64,000 bases of DNA from positions 4,707 to 68,706 of the forward strand of contig NIVC01003939.1 in assembly GCA_002269645.1 (NCBI GenBank). Reading direction: 5' to 3'. The first letter of the stretch is position 1. The number at the start of each line of letters is the position of its first letter. The translations under genes were made by a program, and so were the position numbers. This DNA is from Macrostomum lignano (Eukaryota). This document shows, piece after piece, positions 1-9,278 of this stretch. The notes under the pieces are model-generated. The model was given only the letters and a program-made list of their open reading frames with translations. It made no database searches and was not told where the DNA came from.

Positions 1-770
1 TTGAGATCGAGGGCTATGTACTCGTATGTTGAAATGGAGTTGGATTTTGTGCTATTCGACCGGAAAAAATCTATATAACAGGCATATATACTCAAAGATC
101 ATCTGAAGTAAGTCAGTGATAACGTACACACATATAGTAACAACGTACATTGTACATGGTCTAGGCACTCTGCATTTTAACCTTTATAACTTCCTAAGGT
201 TGATCAGCTACTACGGCTTCACGTTCGCGTGCACGCTAAGGAATATTAATTCAAGATACCCCATGGAGAAGCCTGCTGCATATTCTCTCTCTGTCTGTCC
301 AGTTTTAATTAAACATTCATCGCTTTGTAAGACAGTAAATGTTGGCTTGAGTTTAGCTTGGCAAAGCGAATGCTTAATGTCTTATAAGTTTTATGCAGCC
401 ATACGCTACATGTAGTGTAGGTAGAACTAGAGAGACATGTTAAATATAGTGTAGTGCCATATACGAGTATAAAAGTCTGTCTGAAGTGGCACCTAGCGAG
501 TGAGTTGAGCTTTCGTCGCCTATAGTCGGTTTATATAAAGTCCGCACACTTGGAACAAGAGTTTTGTTTGCTGATTACACTGTAATACTTTCGCTCAGCG
601 TCGTTGAATTCAACTCGCGTCTAAAAGATAAAGAAACCTCCGAGCTAGATTATTATTAAAGCAGCAGTCCGTAGGCTCTGTTATAACCAATTCGTTCGGA
701 GCAGCGTATTCAAGTGAAGTCATTGCCAGTTCTGCGACTGTCTTAACAAAACACACGATCACAAGCGACA

Positions 771-1286
771 ATGCAGCAAGAATTAGACAACAACACTAAG
801 TTAAACTCGCTAAACACTACCGTAGGCTTCTGCCTACCGCAGCAGCGGAGGACAACAAGTTTAGAGACGAAACAGCAGCAATTGTTCGATCATCGTCGAA
901 TAGTGTTTCTCTGCGATTCTGGAGCAACTTATAGGCCAGACAATCGAACCATGAGACCCCGGCAATCAGGATATTACGAAAATCTGCACTGGTCTGACGC
1001 GGCGGCCGAAATCCCTGTAGCAACCACGTCGCCAAGAATGCTAGTACAGCAAGCCCTGACTGCGGCTAGCCTAGCACTTGAAGCTTCTTCAAGAAGGACG
1101 CGAAAACAGCAGGAGCAGCAGCAAAGAGCTAAGCCAAGCAATGCCAAGAACGACAACAACCAACAGAAGACTGTATCCTTTCACCCGTCTGTACAAGTTG
1201 GATTAAGCTACGCAGCTGAAAGGGCGGCGGCAAGAAAGGCTGCAGCTCGAAACCTGCTGCCACCAATTCCAGTGAGAAAAGTCTAG
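771..1286 (+). CDS. Single-exon ORF of unknown function (171 aa, Q-rich)
   Basis: ATG-to-stop ORF with non-repetitive, coding-like composition; TATA-like motifs upstream (TATAAAAG ~468, TATATAAAG ~532); no family recognised. Confidence 0.4.
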   Translation: MQQELDNNTKLNSLNTTVGFCLPQQRRTTSLETKQQQLFDHRRIVFLCDSGATYRPDNRTMRPRQSGYYENLHWSDAAAEIPVATTSPRMLVQQALTAASLALEASSRRTRKQQEQQQRAKPSNAKNDNNQQKTVSFHPSVQVGLSYAAERAAARKAAARNLLPPIPVRKV

Positions 1287-1320
1287 CAAGAGCTGATGTA
1301 AAAATATGCTCATGACCGAC

Positions 1321-1757
1321 CACAGATACTAGAATAGATGGGCCACTCTGCACAGTTGCGTGTAAGCTACTTTCAGTTCAGTAGTAAGTTAAACGGAAGC
1401 ATTTTAATGTATTTTTAAAGCCAAAGCTCTTACCCCCTAGCTCAAACCCTCCAACCGCGCCTTTCCGCCCCGCCCCCCCCCCCCCCCCCAATCTAATTTT
1501 TATTGCCGTTCTCGGATTTCCAGCCTAAAGCTGCCATGTACATTTCAGTGGACTGGCCAATGTACATTATTGCTGAACCAATTAGCAAGTTGTTTACGCC
1601 TGCAAGCTTGGACTTCCTACTTATCAAAGTCATTTCAGCTGCCTTTATTCCTATAAAATAGCTTACGCATTCGTCTTTGCTACTGAACTGAAAGTACAAA
1701 GCTATTTTGCTAAGTATATATGCCTGAGTGGCCCATCTAGTTATTTTAGTATCTGTG
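1321..1757. mobile_element. Non-autonomous hAT-like MITE (437 bp)
   Basis: Imperfect TIRs CACAGATACTA..AGATGGGCCACTC / GAGTGGCCCATCT..TAGTATCTGTG, inner inverted motif CTACTTTCAGTTCAGTAG / CTACTGAACTGAAAGTA, and a perfect 8-bp TSD TGACCGAC (1313-1320 and 1758-1765). CA...TG ends plus an 8-bp TSD are typical of hAT. Confidence 0.8.
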
Positions 1758-2224
1758 TGACCGACTTGTGCACTGTTCTGCTACTTGTGTAAAATCTTAA
1801 AAACAGCAAAACTTCACAATAATTTGATACGCATGTCACCGCCAACTGCTTCAGACAAGCTGGTCTGTTCAAAACGTACACAAGTTTTTATTTATTTCTG
1901 CAATACAAACTATATATTGTATGCTATGATATGCAAGCATAAATATAATGAACCATATTACAAGAAAGGCATGATGTTTGCGATTTAGTTATGACATCGG
2001 TTGGGAGTCAACAAATTGTTAATACGCTCTTGTTTCAAATAATTTACAATTGATTCAATCTAATTGTTGTTAAACTATTATAGTTCTAAAAAAGACATGT
2101 ACATTGTAGGTCCAGCGCACTGGAAAAATAAGCGTATGGATAATATGAGAATTTAGGTTAGGGCTTTGAATTCTATTTTATCCGCAGTCCAATGACTGGC
2201 GGTGAAATACTGGTAGAGAGAATC

Positions 2225-3016
2225 TCACTTTTCCAGGATGTCTACCTGAGAATCTGACTCTCCCAGGATGTCTACCTGAGAATCTGACTCTCCCAGGATG
2301 TCTACCTGAGAATCTGACTCTCCCAGGATGTCTACCTGAGAATCTGACTCCCTCAAGATGACTACCTGAGAATCTGACTCTCCCAACCTGACTACCTGAG
2401 AATCTGACTCTCCCAACCTGACTACCTGAGAATCTGACTCTCCCAACCTGACTACCTGAGAATCTGACTCTCCCAACCTGACTACCTGAGAATCTGACTC
2501 TCCCAACCTGACTACCTGAGAATCTGACTCTCCCAACCTGACTACCTGAGAATCTGACTCTCCCAACCTGACTACCTGAGAATCTGACTCTCCCAGGATG
2601 ACTACCTGAGAATCCGACTCTCCCAGGATGACTAACTGAGAATCCGACTCTCCCAGGATGACTACCTGAGAATCCGACTCTCCCAGGATGACTACCTGAG
2701 AATCTGACTCTCCCAGGATGACTAACTGAGAATCCGACTCTCCCAGGATGACTAACTGAGAATCCGACTCTCCCAGGATGACTACCTGAGAATCCGACTC
2801 TCCCAGGATGACTACCTGAGAATCTGACTCTCCCAGGATGACTACCTGAGAATCTGACTCTCCCAGGATGACTAACTGAGAATCCGACTCTCCCAGGATG
2901 ACTACCTGAGAATCCGACTCTCCCAGGATGACTAACTGAGAATCTGACTCTCCCAGGATGACTAACTGAGAATCTGACTCTCCCAGGATGACTAACCGAG
3001 AATCTGACTCTCCCAA
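2225..3016. repeat. 30-bp minisatellite (~26 copies)
   Basis: Tandem unit ACTACCTGAGAATCTGACTCTCCCAGGATG with blocks of variants, downstream of the NUDT6 stop. Confidence 0.95.
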
Positions 3017-3123
3017 GCCAAGATGACTAACTAAAAACCAAAAGTTAGAAATTAAAATCCTGCCGAAAAAAGGAGAATTCTCAGATTAACAACTACAAAT
3101 TACGCTGCTATTAAAAAAGCTCT

Positions 3124-5010
3124 TTACCCGACTTCACCCAGCAACGGCCTGTGATACAGACTAACCCGTTTAGCCGTATACAACGAGTGCAATGCAAATC
3201 TTTGCATATCGACCGTCTTAAAACCGTTTCTTAATCCGAGTCTAATCAGCGGCAGAGATGCCCGCAGAATCGGCGCCACCTCCTCTGTCGGCAGTGCATC
3301 AAGCTGGGACACTGTCAGCCAATCAACCTTGGAAATCTCATCTGGACACGGCTTCAACTCGCCTCGCCGCTGTCCATCAAGACTCAGTCGGCACAGTACA
3401 TAAAAATCTGACCGATTAAAAGCCATCGGATGCCAGTGATGATGACGAAAGGCCAGCACAGACTCGAATCGCGCCGCGATGCCGGTTTCTTCCGCGACTT
3501 CGCGAACAGCCGCGTCGCCAATTTCTTCGCCTAAATCGGCGACACCGCCTGGTAGTTTCCATGGCGACTGATGAGGCTTCTTAGTCTGGGCGCCCTGCGA
3601 GAGAGGCAATGATGACTGAATGACTTACCTGTGAAAGAAACCATTAAGCAAAATTAACGCAATTTGGGGTAAACGGCAGGAGTAACTATGACTGTCTTAT
3701 AAAGGCTAAATGCTTCGTCATCTAATTAGTACTACGTCTATTCTTTGGGGTGGGCATTTTTGCGACTTACCTTGGTTGGCCGCCAAATCGGTCGGCCGGA
3801 TCGGCCGACTGTTGCGCATGTATGGCACTATTACGCCCGTAGTGGCAAACATAAAAATAGAAATTATAATTTTTATCTCTAACCTGTTTAGGCGGCAACC
3901 GATGCTCGCGGACGCACAGCAACGAATCGCCATCAATGAGCAAGCCTGCAACCCCGAGCTGATGCGTGCCAAACCGAGGCACTTTACTTGGCCGTCCTGG
4001 CCTCAGCCATTTCACCAGAGTCGCGTAGTAGCCTTCGGCGTGATGATAACGGAAGCCGTCGACAGCCAGGTGTGTAGTTAAACTGCTCAGGTGGAGAGGC
4101 ACTCGAACCCAGGCTGCCGGAGCTACTGTTAAACTGTTGGAGACCGCGTCTGGCTTGTGATGGTAAGAAATAAGGTCGAACTTTTGTACTTTGTTGTTCA
4201 TCATCACAAATTTTTATTTAACGATTTTCTTTAATGATCTTTGAGTTCATCTGTATTTTTTTTACAAAATTAATAATAATAATAATAATAATTGATTACA
4301 CCTGCCCCAATTCGGCAAGATTTGCAAACGACAGTTCTGAATGCTGCGTACGGCTGTTCAGTCCAATGACTGAGGGGTCGCCACACACGCCCTCAATTAC
4401 CCCAACCCCCTCGGGTTGTAGCCTAGTGGTTAGAGCGTCAAGGGCCCACTCGGAACAATCTGTGTCCTTGAGCACCACGTACACTTAACTCTTGCATTGC
4501 TTCAGTTCACCCAGCTGTAAAATGGATGCCAGCATTAGTTGGGGTAATTGAGGATGTGTGGCGACCCCCCAGTCATTGGACTGAACAGCCGTACGCAGCC
4601 TTCAGAGCTTCAGGCTACACAACTGGCCCAATTGGGGCAGGTGTAATCAATTATTATTATTATTATTATTATTACACCAAACTTCAACTACGTATGAATA
4701 TCACGTAGGTAGAATTAACAAGCGATAGTGTTACAAAGTACACTTAAAATTTTGATAGCAAACACTTCTATGAATACCCACCTCTTATATGCTCCATAAC
4801 TAGATCTTCATCAGTGCCCTCGTTAACAGCCGACAGGTCTAGCATAACGCCGCCATATCGATCCGTTGTCATAGCAACACCAGAAGCGTACGTTAACAAC
4901 CGTTTGTTATAATTGCTATTGCTAACAGCTACAGGTGTTGACTGTGCAAGTCTTGTTAGAAAATTTGCAGATCCAATAAGTCTGCAGCAACGCAGCATCA
5001 GACTGTGCAT
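3124..5010 (-). CDS. NUDT6: Nudix hydrolase NUDT6-like, 3 exons (5010-4782, 4149-3884, 3594-3124; ~321 aa)
   Basis: Nudix box WKLPGGVADLGEEIGDAAVREVAEETGI; NUDT6-type motifs DRYGG, GFRYHHAE, PRFGTHQLGVAG, AFNRSDFYVLCRL; GT-AG junctions keep the frame. Confidence 0.9.
3645..3825. mobile_element. ~180-bp dispersed repeat in NUDT6 intron 2; inverted copy at 56224-56408
   Basis: The reverse complement of 56224-56408 aligns by eye along its length (AGTAACTATGACTGTCTTAT, GGGTGGGCATTTTTGCGACTT, GGTTGGCCGCCAAATCGGTC, TTGCGCATGTATG). Confidence 0.75.
4271..4674. mobile_element. Foldback/MITE-like element in NUDT6 intron 1
   Basis: Arms 4271-4410 and 4536-4674 are reverse complements, beginning (TAA)n-TTGATTACACCTGCCCCAATT and ending AATTGGGGCAGGTGTAATCAA-(TTA)n. 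Confidence 0.8.
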
Positions 5011-5149
5011 CTTTCCGAGCCCTTTTGACTGATTTAAAGCAGCTTGGAGTGATGAAAAAGGGAATTTTGTAGCTTTTGTAGAGTTACGTCACGTGTTAAG
5101 CAAATTGTAGGACAACTGGACTCTATGGACTGTGTATGCAGACTAGCTT

Positions 5150-5935
5150 CAGACAGACAGACAGACAGAAAGACAGGCACAAAGGCAGACAGACAGAACA
5201 CACAAACAAGACATAGACGGACAGAGACAAGATACAGACAGACAGACAGACAGGCACAAAGACCGACAGACAAAACACACAAACAAGACATAGACACAGA
5301 CAAGATACAGACAGACAGACAGACACAGGCAGACAGACACAGACACACAGACAAGACACAAGCAGACAGACAGACAGACAAGACACAGGCAGACAGACAA
5401 GACAAGGACAGACACAGACAGACAGACAGACAAGACACAGACAGACAGACACAGACAGACAGACACAGACAGACAGACAGACAGACAGACAAGACACAGA
5501 CAGACATAGACAGACAGACAGACAGGACACAGACAGACGGACAGACAGACACAGACAAGACACAGACAGACAGACACAGACACACAGACAGACAAGACAC
5601 AGACAGACACAGACAAGACACAGGCAGACAGACAGACAGACAAGACACAGACAGACACAGACAAGACACAGGCAGACAGACAGACAGACAAGACACAGAC
5701 AGACACAGACAAGACACAGGCAGACAGACAGACAGACAAGACGCAGACAGACATAGACAAGACACAGGCAGACAGACAGACAGACAAGACACAGACAGAC
5801 AGACAGACAGACAGACAAGACACAGACAGACATAGACAGACAGACAGACAGGACACAGACAGACGGACAGACAGACACAGACAAGACACAGGCAGACAGA
5901 CAGACACACAGACAAGACACAGATAGACAGACAGA
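5150..5935. repeat. Compound (GACA)n/CA-rich microsatellite
   Basis: Degenerate GACA/GACACA tandem repeats. Confidence 0.95.
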
Positions 5936-6117
5936 TTTTAAAGCTTATGGTTAAACCTGGTGGCAGTTCTGTACAATCCATAATGAAGCACAAAAAAACA
6001 AAATGCCAACCAAAATCATTTACAGAATGCAATATACAATCATGAATGTATTTTTGTTAAAATTGATTATTAACACACTTTGAGTATGCAGTAGTTGATA
6101 CAGTTCAATGCGAAGTT

Positions 6118-6588
6118 CTACTTAGACATCCGCCTGGGTAAATAGAGTTTAGCCTGAGCAACAAGCAGCCCGAGCAGAGTTCGATACCACAATCGGTTAA
6201 ACTCGTACTGACCCTGGCGAGTCTGCTCAAGAAACTGCCTATAGAACTCGGCCATCTGGTCCGGCATCAGCTGCTCCTCGGGTGCAAACGCCAGCTCAGT
6301 TCGTTTAATAATCGAGAATCTGTCTTTAGCCAGCTTGAATGCCTGATTGTGCGCCGCCCAGTGCTTGTGGCAAAGGTCGAACGCGGCCAGGCGTTTATCG
6401 CGATAGCACCTGGCCTGGATGTCTCTTAACTCGTCACCGATTTTCACATCAACCGGCCGGATGCAAGATCGAGGATCTGGCGGGCCTACACTTTCCGATA
6501 TGCGATTTTTCGATCTCAAAGATGATGACGATGAAGAGGATAACAAGCGGCGGCTAATGCTGCTTAGACAGACGCGACTCACGCTCAT
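6118..6588 (-). CDS. COA8: Cytochrome c oxidase assembly factor 8 (APOPT1), intronless, ~156 aa
   Basis: Ser/Arg-rich mitochondrial presequence-like N-terminus; motifs VGPPDPRSCIRPV, HWAAHN, MAEFYRQFL, FNRLWY match the COA8/APOPT1 family. Confidence 0.85.
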   Translation of the reverse strand: MSVSRVCLSSISRRLLSSSSSSSLRSKNRISESVGPPDPRSCIRPVDVKIGDELRDIQARCYRDKRLAAFDLCHKHWAAHNQAFKLAKDRFSIIKRTELAFAPEEQLMPDQMAEFYRQFLEQTRQGQYEFNRLWYRTLLGLLVAQAKLYLPRRMSK

Positions 6589-6786
6589 TGCCTGCAAGAT
6601 TTGGAAAGAAACAAATCATTAGCTAAACTAATCATTAATATATAATATATTGTTTGTAAGCTTTTGTCTATGGCCAAAAACATCTCATCCACAGAGAGTA
6701 TTTTGAACACTTGAGACGAGCGTACGACAAGGGATAGAAAGTGTAACACAGACAGACAAATTCACACTTTGACAGATGGACAGTCT

Positions 6787-6828
<42 letters not shown>

Positions 6829-8151
6829 ACTACTAAGGACGCATTTATCCGGGCGTTTTGGAGGTGGGGTGGGTGTCAACCCTCCTCGCCTCTCATTGGC
6901 TGGCGCCCCGATCACTAGGTGATCGATACGCGTATCGATATCGGCGCTCGGCGCGCGCGCGCCGCAGGCGCGTGGCGCCAAGCGCCGCAGGCGCACCCTC
7001 CCGATATGTGCACCCTCCCGAGCCGCAGGCGACCCTCCAGAGCAGCAGGCGCCCATCCCGCAGGGGTACCCTCCCGATATGTATGCGCACCCTTCCGATA
7101 TGTATGTCGCAGGCCCCCATGCTGCAGGCGCCCCATGCCGCAAGCACCCCGAGTGTACACTCTACCGAGCCGCAGGCACCCCGAGTGTACACTCTACCGA
7201 GCCGCAGGCACCCCGAGTGTACACTCTCGCGATATGTACACTCTACCACTCTCCCGATATGTAAGATATCTAGTCAGCGATATTAGGCTAGTGAAAACTA
7301 CTTATAGTAGATGAAATTGCGTATATTTACATAAAAAGTAGATAAAACATATTGGTAGGTGTGAATAATGACGCATAATACATATTGGAGCATATGAGCA
7401 GCAAAAACACACAATGTAGGTGCATGGGCAGAAATAGACAAAGCAGGTACTGTAGGCGCTACATAGGTGGAAATACACACAGTATAATGCAGGTGCATAC
7501 ATACACACAATGTAGGTGCAAATTGAGTATAATACAGGAAAATTACATAGCATATAATGTAGGCGCATTTTAAACGATACATTTTGCATATTAACCCGCA
7601 GGCACAAAGTATATATCGGTCATAGGATAAAATACACACACTGGAAGTTAAGTATAATACAACATATGTATGCAAAATTAAGCATATAATGTAGGTGCAA
7701 AGTAAAATATCCAGCCCAGGATATTCGAGACACGCCCCCAGAGTCAGGGCCGGGGATCCCAATGTACAGTGCGGGCGGAGTAACATAGAGAAATTCCAAT
7801 TCCTCCCCAGGGCCGGGGGATCCTAGCGGAGTACAGTTCAGGTAGGAGCGTTCCTAGTCTGCAACCCATAGCTTCCAAATAGGGTACGAGGGGCCAATGT
7901 TTCGAGAGGGGATCCTCAGTACAGTGCGGTCAGAGAGGAGTAACATAGAGAAATTCCTCCCCAAGCCCCAAATAAGGTTTTTTCAAGGGGATCCCAAGTA
8001 CAGTGAGGGCAGAGAGAAATTCCAATTCCTCCCCAAATGGGGGTTATCAAGGACCCCTCACATTGCACAGGGCGGGCAGAATAACAGACCGCATACAAAT
8101 AGGGGTTTTAGCGGATCCCAAGTACAGTGCGCTCCCGGGTGTCAAATGATG
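6829..8151 (+). repeat. Left terminal inverted repeat (1,323 bp)
   Basis: Reverse complement of 14599-15921; mirrored ORFs sit at identical offsets from each end (29, 957, 1068 bp). Confidence 0.95.
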
Positions 8152-8534
8152 CCCCAATGTACAGTGGAGGTAGAGTAACAGACCGCATACAAAGAGAATT
8201 CCAGTCAAACTTTACCGCAGCTCCCACCCCAAATGAGGGTTTTAGTGGATCCCCAGAGGGTAGCTCTCCAAGTTGAGGGATCCCCCCAGTGTGTTGCGAG
8301 GCCCAAGTACAGTGCATGCAGAGAGTAACAGAGTACAAAGAGAAATTCCCTTATCAGTCAAACTCGAGCGCGATCTTCAGCCAGGGCAGTCTCCTCCTCA
8401 TCAGCGCTCTCGAAACATCTGTCAAAGTAAAAAATATTCAATGTAGACAGATTATATGTAATTTATATACGATTTATATGAAATTAAGCTTACCAAAAAT
8501 CGGGTTCGCGCTGTACGGATGCGGCACGCCTCAA

Positions 8535-9032
8535 TTAGCAACCCTCGTCAAACAGATTTCCCCAAGGGTAGGGTTTGATGCTGTCAAGGCAGTCCTGCAG
8601 ATTGTCCTCTGTCTTGACTCGCTTGGCTGGAGGGGGTGCCTCAGGTGCCGGCTTGAAGAGCTTGTCCAAACGGGCGGCAAACATCCTGCGCCACAGTTCA
8701 GGCGTGAATTCGATCGTGTAGCGCCAATTAAACTTTGGGTCCTGATTGAGCCAATTGCGCAGCAAACGGATCCTCCCTCGCGAAGCTTCAACTGCCTTGA
8801 AATTGCCCAACAGGACCCGCTTGTTCACGTGAAGGCGGGCAGCAGCCTCCAGGTCAGGGCGCGCAGCTTCGAGCTTCTTCCACTCTGGCTCGCTCAAGTA
8901 GATTGCAGGGAAGCCGTCCTTCCACACTCCAGCCTCGTTGGTGTAGAGACGCCGAATTTCAATCAAGTTGTGTTCAGTTTCAAATGTGGGCTTCCGCGCC
9001 ACAAAGTTTTCGTATAGAGAGATAGAAGACAT
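8535..9032 (-). CDS. PC4-like (transcriptional coactivator p15 fold) putative ssDNA-binding protein, 165 aa, probably two PC4-like repeats
   Basis: IEIRRLYTNEAGVWKDGFPAIYLSEPEWKKL parallels the PC4 core IDIREYW...[20 protein letters not shown]; a second weaker repeat IRLLRNWLNQDPKFNWRYTIEFTPELWRRM follows; TATA ~50 bp upstream. Confidence 0.65.
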   Translation of the reverse strand: MSSISLYENFVARKPTFETEHNLIEIRRLYTNEAGVWKDGFPAIYLSEPEWKKLEAARPDLEAAARLHVNKRVLLGNFKAVEASRGRIRLLRNWLNQDPKFNWRYTIEFTPELWRRMFAARLDKLFKPAPEAPPPAKRVKTEDNLQDCLDSIKPYPWGNLFDEGC

Positions 9033-9278
9033 GATTTAGCAGCAGCAGCAGCAGAGAGCTCTCTGACAGCCGTGCAGCGCCTTATATACCCCCGGATGGA
9101 GGGTGGGGTGGGTGGTGATTTTGGGGGTGATTTTTGATGATTTTGGTTGGTTTTTGGCGATTGACCAATAACAGGCGAGCTGAGCAGATTTTTTAGTATA
9201 TATACAGACCCCCCAGAGCCAGGGTAGAGAGATAATCCTTCTCTCTCCGCTCGCTCTCTCACGCTCTCTGTTTGCAAA
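9033..9278. promoter_or_regulatory. Divergent promoter between the PC4-like and pPolB genes
   Basis: Minus-strand TATATAA at 9082-9088, plus-strand TATATATA at 9197-9204, central CCAAT at 9165-9169; flanked by head-to-head ATGs (9032 and 9279). Confidence 0.6.

Noticed and set aside
2225-3016. 263-aa ORF (GESDSQVVIL)n and the impression of a CRISPR-like array
   Set aside because: Pure 30-bp tandem repeat without unique spacers, no cas genes, eukaryotic context; the open frame is a by-product of a stop-free unit
4296-4484. ORF between NUDT6 exons as a possible extra exon
   Set aside because: It is one arm of the foldback element; exons 1 and 2 join in frame without it and give a NUDT6-sized protein
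5034-6032. Long Cys/Leu/Ser/Val and Gln/Thr/Asp/Arg ORFs
   Set aside because: Translations of the GACA microsatellite
6685-8178. Many overlapping ORFs in the TIR (mirrored at 14557-16110)
   Set aside because: Overlap on both strands, low complexity, no motifs, and one is frameshifted between the two TIR copies; explained by GC-rich repeats
8289-9017. 242-aa plus-strand ORF as a third element gene
   Set aside because: GTG start, antisense to the PC4-like ORF, no recognisable motif; likely a shadow ORF
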